Positions 26,943-35,839 of a stretch of 64,000 nucleotides of DNA are shown one piece after another. Made by a program: the position numbers and the translations under genes. Location: contig JBKPTE010000038.1 in the NCBI GenBank assembly GCA_046735335.1, forward strand, positions 6,707-70,706. Reading direction: 5' to 3'. The notes under the pieces are model-generated. The model was not told the DNA's origin. It was given only the letters and a program-made list of their open reading frames with translations, and searched no databases. Each line of letters opens with the position of its first letter. The stretch's first letter is position 1. The stretch is from Acidobacteriota bacterium (lineage in GTDB: Bacteria; Acidobacteriota; Vicinamibacteria; Vicinamibacterales; 2-12-FULL-66-21).

Positions 26943-27952
26943 ACTGCTGATCTCCCGTAATCCACGGGGAAGGGCAGATCCGATACGCGTGCCGCAAGCC
27001 CGCCCAGCGTCACGTCGGTGCCCTGCGCCGTGAAATCCCGATGAACGTATGCGAGCGCAATCGGCTTGCGCAGCGCCGGTGACATCGTCGCGCTCGTCAC
27101 GCGCCCGATCTCGCGGGCACCCGACGTGATCGTCGCCCCTCGATCCGGAACCGGGTCGCCTTCGGCGAGCACAAGGCCCACCAGCCGCTTCGCGACGCGC
27201 CCCTGACCTCGATCCAGCACCCGAACGATCACCTCCTGCCCGACGTAGCAGCCCTTCGTGCGCGAGATCGCACGGTCCTCGATCCCTGCTTCGAGCGGTA
27301 TCGTCTCGCTGTCCATATCGACGCCAAAGAGCGGCCGGCCGGCTTCGATCCTCACGCTTTCGACGTCAGCCGGATCGACGTCGACGGCTCCGGCGCTTCG
27401 CAGCACGTCCCGAATGCGCTCCGCGCGATCGGCGTCGACGATCAGATCGAACCCCGACACACCTGACTCGTCGCTGCGGATGATGAGGACGTCCGTGTCG
27501 TCGATAGTGCGCGTCACGGTGCCGAACAACGGCAGCGACACGAGATCGGCGGAAGGCGCGGCCACCTTCTCGAGCACGCTGGCGGCCGATGGGCCGTAGA
27601 CGCCGACCTCCGTCAGCGCGGCGCTCACGTCTTCGACCTGGACGTCCTCGCTGAACACGAAACGATCGAGATGCGCGCGGACGGCCTCGGCGAGATCGCT
27701 GGGGAGATCGATCAGCATGCGGTCGCCCAATTCGAACACGCGCATGTCGCTGATCATTCGCCCCTGCGGCGTGAGGAGCGCCGCGTAGCAGCCGGTCCCG
27801 GGCTGCAGCGACGCGATGTCGTTCGTGAGCAGGTTGTGCAGGTAATCGCGGCGATCGCGGCCGCTCAGCCGCAGGAGTCCGGTACGCGCGCGCGCGACCA
27901 GCCCCGCTCCCCCCCGCAATGCCGTGTATCCATTGCTGTTATCCTGTGTCAA
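26930..27952 (-). CDS. YgfZ/GcvT-family folate-binding protein
   Basis: 340 aa. Motifs SGRDRRDYLHNLLTND, TPQGRM, and KGCYVGQE near the C-terminus. TTG start. Confidence 0.82.
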   Translation of the reverse strand: MTQDNSNGYTALRGGAGLVARARTGLLRLSGRDRRDYLHNLLTNDIASLQPGTGCYAALLTPQGRMISDMRVFELGDRMLIDLPSDLAEAVRAHLDRFVFSEDVQVEDVSAALTEVGVYGPSAASVLEKVAAPSADLVSLPLFGTVTRTIDDTDVLIIRSDESGVSGFDLIVDADRAERIRDVLRSAGAVDVDPADVESVRIEAGRPLFGVDMDSETIPLEAGIEDRAISRTKGCYVGQEVIVRVLDRGQGRVAKRLVGLVLAEGDPVPDRGATITSGAREIGRVTSATMSPALRKPIALAYVHRDFTAQGTDVTLGGLAARVSDLPFPVDYGRSAVQEE

Positions 27953-29604
27953 TGCACTTTCATTGTACCGCCCTGGCCGCGGTGCTGCTGACGGCGTCGA
28001 GCGCTGCCGCGCAGCAGGCGGTACCCATCCCCGGCACCGGGGAAGCGGTCTTCAACATCGTGTTCAAGGGAGCGCAAATCGGCCGCGAGCAGACGTCCGT
28101 TGCGCGCGGCACCGCCGGCTGGATCATCACGTCGACCGGACGTCAGGCGGCGCCAATCGATTTGACGATCAGCCACTTCGAGATGAAGTACACGGACGAT
28201 TGGCAGCCGCTCGAGCTGAAGGCGGAGGCCACGCTGCGCAACGCCCCGATCGCGCTCAGCACGTCGTTCACCCTGACGACGGCCATCAACGAGGTCACGC
28301 AGAACGGCGCGACGTTCTCGAAGGAAGACAAGATCAGCCCGCGGACGATCGTCCTGCCGAACAACTTCTACGGCGCCTACGAGGCGCTCGCCATCCGGCT
28401 CGCCGGAACCCAGGACGGCGCCGAGCTGCCCGTCTACGTCGCTCCTCAAGGAGAAGTCGTCGTCAAGGTGCGTTCGGTCACGCAGCAGACGATCAGCGGG
28501 CCGTCCGGCGCCCTGCAGACGCGCCGGTTCGATATCACCTTCGCCAATCCCGGCAGCCCGCTCGACGCCACAGTGACCGTCGACGATCGATCGCGTTTGG
28601 TACGGGTCGAGCTCCCGGCCGCCGAGCTGCACGTCATCCGCGACGACGCGTCGAGCGTCGCGATGCGGCGGACGACCGTGAGGAATCCAACCGACGTGGA
28701 CGTTCAGATTCCGGCGAACGGCTTCCACGTCTCCGGAACGCTGACGACCCCGCCCGCGGTCGCCGATCGTCTCCGATCCCCCGCAATTCTCCTCATCGCG
28801 GGTTCGGGTCCGATGGACCGCGACGAAACGGTCGCCGGCGTGCCGATCTTCGCGCAGCTCGCAAAGGCGCTCGCCGACGACGGGTTCCTCGTGCTGCGAT
28901 ACGACAAGCGCGGCGTCGGGCAGAGCGGCGGCAGAACGGAATCGGCGACGCTGAACGACTACGCGGACGATGCGATCGCCGCGGTGAAGTGGCTGTCGAA
29001 GCGCAAGGATGTGGATCCCAAGCGGATCGTGCTCTGCGGCCACAGCGAAGGAGGCGCCGTCGCGCTGATCGCCGCCTCGCGCGAGAAGAAGATAGACGCG
29101 GTCGTCACCCTTGGCGCGCCGGGCAGCACGGGCGCGGAGCTGATTCTCGCGCAGCAGCAGCACGTGCTCGATCGGATGAACGTACCGGAAGCGGAGAAGC
29201 AGGCGAAGGTCGCGCTTCAGCAGAAGATCCAAAGCGCGGTCGTGAACGGCAGCGGCTGGGAAGGGGTTCCCGAGGATCTCCGCCGCCAGGCGGACACGCC
29301 GTGGTTCCGCAGCCTGCTGCTGTACGATCCGGCGCAGATTCTTCAGAAGGTGTCGCAACCGCTCCTCGTCATTCAGGGTGACCTCGACACGCAGGTGCCG
29401 CCCGCGCAGGCGGATCGGCTTGGCGAGCTCGGGAAGGCGAGGAAGAAGTCGCCGCCGACGGAGGTCGTCCATCTGCCGGGGATCAATCACCTGCTGCTCC
29501 CCGCAAAGACGGGGGAGGTGAGCGAATACGCTTCGCTCGGCGGCAACTCGGTGACGCGGAAGGTCGCGCAGACGATTTCGGAATGGGTGAAGAAGACGCT
29601 GTAG
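27952..29604 (+). CDS. secreted alpha/beta hydrolase with N-terminal beta-rich domain
   Basis: ATG 27952 gives the signal peptide MHFHCTALAAVLLTASSAAAQ. Nucleophile elbow CGHSEGG. Confidence 0.78.
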   Translation: MHFHCTALAAVLLTASSAAAQQAVPIPGTGEAVFNIVFKGAQIGREQTSVARGTAGWIITSTGRQAAPIDLTISHFEMKYTDDWQPLELKAEATLRNAPIALSTSFTLTTAINEVTQNGATFSKEDKISPRTIVLPNNFYGAYEALAIRLAGTQDGAELPVYVAPQGEVVVKVRSVTQQTISGPSGALQTRRFDITFANPGSPLDATVTVDDRSRLVRVELPAAELHVIRDDASSVAMRRTTVRNPTDVDVQIPANGFHVSGTLTTPPAVADRLRSPAILLIAGSGPMDRDETVAGVPIFAQLAKALADDGFLVLRYDKRGVGQSGGRTESATLNDYADDAIAAVKWLSKRKDVDPKRIVLCGHSEGGAVALIAASREKKIDAVVTLGAPGSTGAELILAQQQHVLDRMNVPEAEKQAKVALQQKIQSAVVNGSGWEGVPEDLRRQADTPWFRSLLLYDPAQILQKVSQPLLVIQGDLDTQVPPAQADRLGELGKARKKSPPTEVVHLPGINHLLLPAKTGEVSEYASLGGNSVTRKVAQTISEWVKKTL

Positions 29605-29609
29605 ACTGT

Positions 29610-29624
29610 CGCGGCGAAGCCGCG
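29610..29624 (+). terminator. GC hairpin CGCGGC-GAA-GCCGCG after the hydrolase stop
   Basis: 6-bp perfect stem 6 nt after the TAG. No U-tract. Confidence 0.35.
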
Positions 29625-29645
29625 AAGGCGGGAGGTCGGAGGCAA

Positions 29646-30803
29646 ATGAGAGCAGGCGTCGCGAAGGAAACCTGGCCAGGGGAAACGCGCGTGGCGCTGG
29701 TGCCGGCTGGCGTGACGGCCCTGAAGAAGGCGGGCCTCGACGTACTCGTGCAGTCGGGCGCGGGTGCGGCAGCCGGATTCCCGGACGCCTCGTATCAACA
29801 GGTCGGGGCCGAGCTCCTGCCCTCGCGCGCCGACGTCTTCTCCACCGCGGACATCGTCCTGCAGGTCCGCATGGTCCCGCCGCAGCTGGATCTGATCCGC
29901 CAGGGACAGACGCTGATCGGATTCGCGGATCCGCTCGGTTCACCCGATGCGGTGAGCGCCATCGCGCAGCGCGGCGCCACGGCGCTGTCGATGGAGCTGA
30001 TGCCGCGCATCACGCGGGCGCAGAGCATGGACGCGCTATCGTCCATGGCGACGATCGCCGGATACAAGGGCGTCCTCATGGCGGCCAACGCGCTCCCGCG
30101 GATGTTTCCGATGATGATGACGGCCGCGGGCACGCTCGCCGCTGCGCGAGTGTTCGTCGTCGGCGCGGGGGTCGCCGGCCTGCAGGCGATCGCCAGCTCG
30201 CGTCGACTCGGCGCGAAGGTTGAGGCATACGACGTGCGTCCGGCCGTCAAGGAGCAGGTGCAGAGCCTCGGGGCCAGGTTCGTCGAGATGGCGCTCGAGA
30301 CGGGGGACGCCGAGGACAAGGGCGGCTACGCGAAGGCGCAGGACGAGTCGTTCTATCGCCGCCAGCGCGAGATGATGCTGAAGGTGGTCGCCGCAACCGA
30401 CGTCGTGATCACGACCGCGCTCATTCCGGGCCGCAAGGCCCCGACGCTCGTGACGAAGGAAATGGTCGAAGGCATGGCCGCGGGTTCCGTCGTCGTCGAC
30501 CTTGCGGCGGAGCGCGGCGGAAACTGCGAGCTGACGGAGCCGGACCAGACCGTTCTGCACAACGGCGTCACGATTCTGGGCCCGACGAATCCTGCCGCTG
30601 GCGTGCCGTACCATGCGAGCCAGATGTACTCGAAGAACATCACGACATTTCTCGCGCATCTTCTTGGGAAGGACGGCGGCAAGAAGCCGTCGCTCGAACT
30701 CGACCTGAGCGACGAGATCCCGCGTGAGACGCTGCTCACGCGCAACGGCGAAGTCGTTCACGCGCGGGTCAAGGAGCTGCTCGCCGCACCGGCGCGAGGC
30801 TGA
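29646..30803 (+). CDS. NAD(P) transhydrogenase alpha part 1 (dI domain)/alanine dehydrogenase-fold protein
   Basis: 385 aa. SD GGAGG precedes ATG 29646. Motifs ETRVALVP and VFVVGAGVAGLQAI. No pntAB or pntB follows. Confidence 0.8.
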   Translation: MRAGVAKETWPGETRVALVPAGVTALKKAGLDVLVQSGAGAAAGFPDASYQQVGAELLPSRADVFSTADIVLQVRMVPPQLDLIRQGQTLIGFADPLGSPDAVSAIAQRGATALSMELMPRITRAQSMDALSSMATIAGYKGVLMAANALPRMFPMMMTAAGTLAAARVFVVGAGVAGLQAIASSRRLGAKVEAYDVRPAVKEQVQSLGARFVEMALETGDAEDKGGYAKAQDESFYRRQREMMLKVVAATDVVITTALIPGRKAPTLVTKEMVEGMAAGSVVVDLAAERGGNCELTEPDQTVLHNGVTILGPTNPAAGVPYHASQMYSKNITTFLAHLLGKDGGKKPSLELDLSDEIPRETLLTRNGEVVHARVKELLAAPARG

Positions 30804-30805
30804 GC

Positions 30806-31096
30806 ATGTGGGTGCTGACGACCGCGGAAGGCGCCGAGCTGCCGCTCACGTTCCGCCTGCTTCCGGGAAGCACCAAGACCGTCGGACGGGCGACGCGCGC
30901 CGATTTCATCGTCGACGCGCCGCTGGTCTCACGAGTGCACTGCCGGCTTTCGGCCGGCGCCGCCGAGCTCGAGGTCGTGGATCTGGAGAGCACGAACGGG
31001 ACCTTCGTCAATGGCGAGCGCATCACGCGCGCGCTCCTGAAGCAGGGCGATCGGCTCGGGGTCGGCCGCGTCGAGATGACGATCGAGCGCGGGTGA
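30806..31096 (+). CDS. stand-alone FHA domain protein
   Basis: 96 aa. FHA signature GRATRADFIVDAPLVSRVHC...STNGTFVNG. Confidence 0.85.
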   Translation: MWVLTTAEGAELPLTFRLLPGSTKTVGRATRADFIVDAPLVSRVHCRLSAGAAELEVVDLESTNGTFVNGERITRALLKQGDRLGVGRVEMTIERG

Positions 31097-31097
31097 T

Positions 31098-31115
31098 GCG
31101 CGCCGTCAGGCGCGC
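31098..31115. terminator. GC hairpin GCGCGCC-GTCA-GGCGCGC
   Basis: Perfect 7-bp stem 2 nt after the FHA stop, in a convergent intergenic region. Confidence 0.4.
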
Positions 31116-31168
31116 CGCGCCGGAGCGGAGCGGGTCGGGGCCCGCGAGCGACGGCGATGCGGGGGTCC

Positions 31169-31188
31169 GGCGGGGCGAAGCCCCCCGG
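31169..31188. terminator. GC hairpin, exact inverse copy of the 9928-9947 element
   Basis: GGCGGGGCGAAGCCCCCCGG, immediately after the MBL-fold gene stop. Confidence 0.45.
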
Positions 31189-31842
31189 TCAAGAAAGAAA
31201 TGGGTTGGTCCGCCGCTCGCGGCCGATCGTCGTCGGTTCGCCGTGACCTGAGTGCACCACCGTCTCGTCGGGATAGCTGAAAAGCACGGTCCTGATCGAC
31301 CGCAGCAGCGTGTCGAGGTTTCCGCCCGGCAGATCGGTCCGCCCAATCGACCCCGCAAACAACGTGTCTCCTACGAACAACGTTGCAGCGCTCTCTCCCT
31401 CACGGCTGACCGCCAGACACACACCACCGGCGCAGTGCCCAGGCGTGTGACGGACGCGCACCTCATAGCTTCCGAATCGCCATGGCCCCTCGCTGTCGTA
31501 GAAGAAATCCACCTTGGGCTGCGGCTCGACGCGCAGGCCGAACATGAGGCCCTGCTGAACGACGGCCTCGTAGAGGAAGTTGTCGTCGCGATGCAGGCCG
31601 ACGGGGGCGCCAAGCGCTGCCTTCGCGCGCCCCACACCCGTGATGTGATCGAGATGCGCGTGCGTGAGGAGGATGTACTTGATCGTGAGCCGGTGTTCGT
31701 CGACGGCCACGAGCAGCTCATCCACCTCGTCGCCGGGATCGATGACCACGCCTTCCTGCGTGTCCTCACAACCCAGCACGAAGCCGTTCTTGAAGAACGG
31801 CTGCACGGCACGGACTTCCATGATCATGGCGCACTGCAGCAT
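31189..31842 (-). CDS. MBL-fold metallo-hydrolase (glyoxalase II-like)
   Basis: 217 aa. Motif THAHLDH plus a downstream HTPGH. Confidence 0.85.
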   Translation of the reverse strand: MLQCAMIMEVRAVQPFFKNGFVLGCEDTQEGVVIDPGDEVDELLVAVDEHRLTIKYILLTHAHLDHITGVGRAKAALGAPVGLHRDDNFLYEAVVQQGLMFGLRVEPQPKVDFFYDSEGPWRFGSYEVRVRHTPGHCAGGVCLAVSREGESAATLFVGDTLFAGSIGRTDLPGGNLDTLLRSIRTVLFSYPDETVVHSGHGEPTTIGRERRTNPFLS

Positions 31843-31891
31843 ATCGCACGCGTCCTGAGCCGGTTTCGCGTGCTCCTGCGCCTATCAGGGC

Positions 31892-32575
31892 ATGAGCGCG
31901 ACTTCAACGTTCCAGCCGGCGGTCCGGATTCAGACGAGCATCCTCGCAGATCTGGAAAAGAGGGTTCTGGTGTTCCTTGCGCGCCACATGCCCCCGCGCG
32001 TCAATTCCGATCAGCTGACGGCGATCGGCGCCCTTTCGATGGCTGGTGTCGGCGCGGCGTTCTGGATCGCGGGCACGCATCCGCTTGCGCTGATTGCAGT
32101 CCCCGTCCTTCTCGGGTTGAACTGGTTCGGCGACAGCCTCGACGGAACACTCGCCCGGGTTCGACATCAGGAGCGCCCGCGCTACGGGTATTACCTGGAT
32201 CACGTGCTCGATGCCACGGGAATGGCGTTGCTCACGGCCGGGCTGGTCCTTGGCGGCCACATGTCTCCCTCTCCCGGTCTCGTGTTTCTGGGCGCCTACT
32301 ACCTGCTGACGATCGAGATCGCGCTCGCGGCGCACGCACGGCGCGAGTTCCGGATGGCCTTCTGGCGCATCGGGCCAACGGAGCTGCGGATCATCCTGGC
32401 GATCGGCGCGCTCATGCGGCTGCGAGCGCCAACGGTCTCCCCGTTCGGCTCACCATGGCTGCTGTTCGACATAGGCGCATGGATCGCTGTCGCAGGGCTC
32501 TTGATGACGTTCACCGTTTCCGCGATCGCCAACACCCGCGCGCTCTATCGCGAGGAATCGTGCCGCGCGCTATGA
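31892..32575 (+). CDS. CDP-alcohol phosphatidyltransferase family protein
   Basis: 227 aa, multi-TM. Motif DSLDGTLAR...GYYLDHVLD. Confidence 0.85.
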   Translation: MSATSTFQPAVRIQTSILADLEKRVLVFLARHMPPRVNSDQLTAIGALSMAGVGAAFWIAGTHPLALIAVPVLLGLNWFGDSLDGTLARVRHQERPRYGYYLDHVLDATGMALLTAGLVLGGHMSPSPGLVFLGAYYLLTIEIALAAHARREFRMAFWRIGPTELRIILAIGALMRLRAPTVSPFGSPWLLFDIGAWIAVAGLLMTFTVSAIANTRALYREESCRAL

Positions 32576-32582
32576 TGGCGCC

Positions 32583-32957
32583 ATGGCGATTCTGGCTGCT
32601 GTCGACGATCTCCTCTTCAGCTCGAAGATCCGCGCGACGGCGAAGCAGGTCGGCGTCGACGTGCAGTTCGCCCGTTCGCCGGAGGAGATCCTCACCCAGG
32701 CGCGCGCCCTCAAGCCGACGCTCGCGATCTTCGATCTGAACAGCGGGAAGACGGACCCGATCGCCACGATTGCCGCATTGAAGGCAGACCCCGAAATTGG
32801 CGCGATCCGAACGATCGGCTTCGCGTCCCACGTTCACACGGATCTGATTGCCGCAGCGCGGAAGGCGGGAGCGGACGAAGTGATGCCGCGGTCGGCGTTC
32901 GCGGGCCGGCTCGCGGCGATCCTTGTCAACGGCGAATTACGAACGACGAATGAATGA
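32583..32957 (+). CDS. receiver (REC)-like single-domain protein, atypical
   Basis: 124 aa. DD pair and IFDLN acceptor-like Asp are present, but the conserved Lys position reads MPR. Confidence 0.6.
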   Translation: MAILAAVDDLLFSSKIRATAKQVGVDVQFARSPEEILTQARALKPTLAIFDLNSGKTDPIATIAALKADPEIGAIRTIGFASHVHTDLIAAARKAGADEVMPRSAFAGRLAAILVNGELRTTNE

Positions 32958-32994
32958 CGAACGACCAATGACGAATGCCGACGGCGTGACGAAG
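32939..32994. repeat. short ACGAA word array (5 exact cores)
   Basis: ACGAA at 32939, 32946, 32957, 32971 and 32989. Overlaps the last codons of the REC-like gene. Confidence 0.6.
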
Positions 32995-33009
32995 CCCTAC
33001 GCTGGATGG

Positions 33010-34032
33010 CTATTTGATTCGTGAGCGTCCCCTGCTCCTTGGCGGCCTCTGCGTGAGGTCGTGACCGTCCTCTATCGCCGCGGCAAGGCGCTCCCGATCG
33101 ATGTTGGCCCCCGTCAGGATCACGACGGCACGTTGACCCGCCACATCCACCCTGCCCTCGAGCAGCGCCGCGACCCCGACCGCCGCTGCCCCTTCGACGA
33201 TGAGATGTTCGTTGAGCACGACATCGCGCAGGGCGCTGCTCAGTGCGGCCTCGTCCACGACGTCGATGCGGCCCACCAGCCGCCGAACGATGTCGAACGT
33301 GATTGTGTCCGGATCGAGATTGCCCGTCAGCCCGTCCGCGATTGACGGCTTCACGTCGATCGGCACGATCCGTCCCGCAGCCAGGCTGCGGGTGAACGGG
33401 CAGGATGCCTCCACTTCGATACCGATGATCCGAACGTGCGGCGAGAGCGCCCTTGCGGCAATGGCAATCCCGCTGATCAGCCCACCTCCGCCGACAGGCA
33501 CCATAATCGTATCGATGCTGGAGAGGTCCTCGAACAGCTCGAGCGCGATCGTGCCGGCGCCTGCGATTACGTCGGGATGCGAGTACGGCGAGATGTACAG
33601 CGCGCTCTCCGAGGCGGCGTAGCGCTTGGCCGCGCGTTCGGCCTCGTCGAAATCGGCGCAGAACTCCAGCGCGGCCCCCGAGGCGCGGATCGGGTCCACC
33701 TTCGCGCACGGCGCAGACGATGGCAGGAACACGGTCAGCGGCAGCGACAACGCGCGCGCGGCGTGCGCAAGCGCGCGGCCGTGATTGCCTGCCGACGCGG
33801 TGACCAGCCGCGCCGAAGGATCCCGGTCCTTTGCGAGCGCCGCGGCATTGAACGCGCCGCGAATCTTGTACGAGCCCGTGGGCTGTACGACTTCCAGCTT
33901 GAGGAACACGTCGCCGCGGCAGGCGTCGGACAACCAGTCGGAGCGTCGCGCGGGCGTATGAAAGACATGGCTGCGCAGGCGGTTCGCCGCGCCGCGCACA
34001 TCGTCAATCGTCAACGAGCGAGCCACCACCAC
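33010..34032 (-). CDS. PLP-dependent threonine/serine dehydratase-like enzyme
   Basis: About 340 aa. PLP lysine motif GSYKIRGA, plus GNHG and GGGGL. Three consecutive GTG codons (34032, 34029, 34026) are the candidate starts, and all overlap the kinase 3' end. Confidence 0.82.
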   Translation of the reverse strand: MVVARSLTIDDVRGAANRLRSHVFHTPARRSDWLSDACRGDVFLKLEVVQPTGSYKIRGAFNAAALAKDRDPSARLVTASAGNHGRALAHAARALSLPLTVFLPSSAPCAKVDPIRASGAALEFCADFDEAERAAKRYAASESALYISPYSHPDVIAGAGTIALELFEDLSSIDTIMVPVGGGGLISGIAIAARALSPHVRIIGIEVEASCPFTRSLAAGRIVPIDVKPSIADGLTGNLDPDTITFDIVRRLVGRIDVVDEAALSSALRDVVLNEHLIVEGAAAVGVAALLEGRVDVAGQRAVVILTGANIDRERLAAAIEDGHDLTQRPPRSRGRSRIK

Positions 34033-35003
34033 ACGACGCCCGCCGCAACGACTGCCGCGGCGATGGCGCCAATCAGAAGGCCGGTTGCGGACGTGGACTT
34101 GTCGGGAGTCTCGTCGAGCGGCAGCAGGCCCGAGTCCTTCGGCGGGTCGAACGCGCGCGGCTCGAGCGAGTCCAGCACGGATCGCAGTTCCGCCGCGAAG
34201 TCGGCGACGCTCTGGTGCCGCTCCGAGATGTCCCGCGCGAGCGCGCGCGCGAGAATCGCATCGAGAACGGTGGGCACTGACGGGTTGACCTCGGACACGG
34301 CCGGAATGCGCCCCTGAATGACGGCGACGAGCGTATCGGCGGGCGTCGCGCCGGTGAACGGGTTCCGCCCCGTCAACAGCTCGAACGTGATGATGCCGAG
34401 CGAAAAGACGTCGGTACGGCTGTCGACCGCCCCGCCGAGCGCCTGCTCGGGCGATAGGTACGCCAGCACCTTCACGGCGTCGGCGGGCAGCGCGTCCGGA
34501 TCCCTGGCCGCGCGGGCGCGCAGCATCCCGCCGCGGGTCCACCGCGCGAACCCGAAGTCGAGAATCTTCGCGCTCCCCTTGGTCGTGATGATGATGGTCT
34601 CCGGCCGGAGATCGCCGTGGACGATGCCGTGCGCGTGCGCGTCGGCGACGCCTTCCGCGAGCTGCGTTGCCAGCTCGAGCGCGCGGCGCGGATTGAGCGC
34701 GCCGCCCGACATCTCCCCGCGGAGCGGGCTGCCGGGTGCGTACTCGTACGCGAGGTAGATTTGACCGCCCGAATCGCCGGTATCGAACAGCGTTGCGACG
34801 TTGGGATGCGAGAGCGTGGCGGCGGTCCGCGCTTCCTGCAGCAGGAGATCGCGGCGCTCCTGATCCGGAGCGACGTCGGCGGCGATCAGCTTGATCGCGA
34901 CCGTCCGCCCGACGCGCGAATCGCGCGCGCGCCACGTATCGCCAAGGCCGCCCTTGCCGATCTGCTCGAGCAGGTTGTAGTGCGCAATCGTCTGCATGCT
35001 CAC
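34011..35003 (-). CDS. Hanks-type Ser/Thr protein kinase with C-terminal TM anchor, atypical catalytic loop
   Basis: 330 aa. Motifs GKGGLG, VAIK, DFG, SPE and DVFSLG. The catalytic loop is HGDLRPET rather than HRDLKPxN. GTG overlaps the upstream stop (GTGA). Confidence 0.85.
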   Translation of the reverse strand: MSMQTIAHYNLLEQIGKGGLGDTWRARDSRVGRTVAIKLIAADVAPDQERRDLLLQEARTAATLSHPNVATLFDTGDSGGQIYLAYEYAPGSPLRGEMSGGALNPRRALELATQLAEGVADAHAHGIVHGDLRPETIIITTKGSAKILDFGFARWTRGGMLRARAARDPDALPADAVKVLAYLSPEQALGGAVDSRTDVFSLGIITFELLTGRNPFTGATPADTLVAVIQGRIPAVSEVNPSVPTVLDAILARALARDISERHQSVADFAAELRSVLDSLEPRAFDPPKDSGLLPLDETPDKSTSATGLLIGAIAAAVVAAGVVWWWLAR

Positions 35004-35839
35004 TTCGATGTGGCCTGCTTGGCAATCTCCACGACGTCTTCCGCAGGCAGGATGACCGGCAGCAGCCCGAGCCCTTCCGAGCTTCCCATCATCGCGAGCA
35101 TCCCGGGGCGTCCGGGATCGACCGAACGAAGCGTCATGAGTCCGACGACCTTGCCGTTCGGCAGGAAGGCGGGCGTTCCCATCGAGGTTCCGCCGCCTGG
35201 AGCATCGGTCACGAAGAACGTCCGCGGCTTCTCGATGATCGCACCGATGTTGTGCAGCGAGGCCGCGGGGGCCCAGCCGCCGACCCGGCCCAACCGCGAC
35301 AGGACGACGACCTCGTCCAGCAGCGACGGCTTCGTCGCGTTCGTCAGATCGATCGCCAGGAGAGGCTTGTCGAGCTTTCCCGTCGGCATCAGGAAGGCAA
35401 GGTCGAGGTCCTCGTCCCTGAGCACGATGCGCGCCGAGAGCTCACGGCCGTCCGGGATCCGGATTTTCACGTCCGTAGGCTCGCTGTTCAACTGTGGACG
35501 CTCGCCGCCGCCGCCCTGCGAGGCCGCGCCCATGATCTTGTTCATCATCGCGCCCGGGTTGAGCGCGCCGAGCGAGAGCACGGTCAAGCCTGATGGATCG
35601 ATGACGGTCCCGACCGTGTCCGCGGAATCATCGCTGGCGTTCATCTCGCGGCCGCCGACCGACATGCGCAGCTTCAGCGTGACCCTGACGTTGACGATGG
35701 CGTCCTGCCACTTGCGAACGAGCTCCCGTGCGGCCGTGCGGGCCTCGGTTTGCGCGCCCCCCGACACGGGAACGAGAAGGACCAGGCCAACCGCCGCAGC
35801 GAGCGCACGGACACGCATGCTCTGACTCCCTCCGCTCAT
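35000..35839 (-). CDS. trypsin-fold (HtrA-like) protein lacking the catalytic His
   Basis: I chose ATG 35839 because it overlaps the HtrA stop (ATGA). Signal peptide present. DLAFL (Asp) and GTSMG (Ser) are retained, but no His occurs at the TNxHV position. Confidence 0.65.
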   Translation of the reverse strand: MSGGSQSMRVRALAAAVGLVLLVPVSGGAQTEARTAARELVRKWQDAIVNVRVTLKLRMSVGGREMNASDDSADTVGTVIDPSGLTVLSLGALNPGAMMNKIMGAASQGGGGERPQLNSEPTDVKIRIPDGRELSARIVLRDEDLDLAFLMPTGKLDKPLLAIDLTNATKPSLLDEVVVLSRLGRVGGWAPAASLHNIGAIIEKPRTFFVTDAPGGGTSMGTPAFLPNGKVVGLMTLRSVDPGRPGMLAMMGSSEGLGLLPVILPAEDVVEIAKQATSK

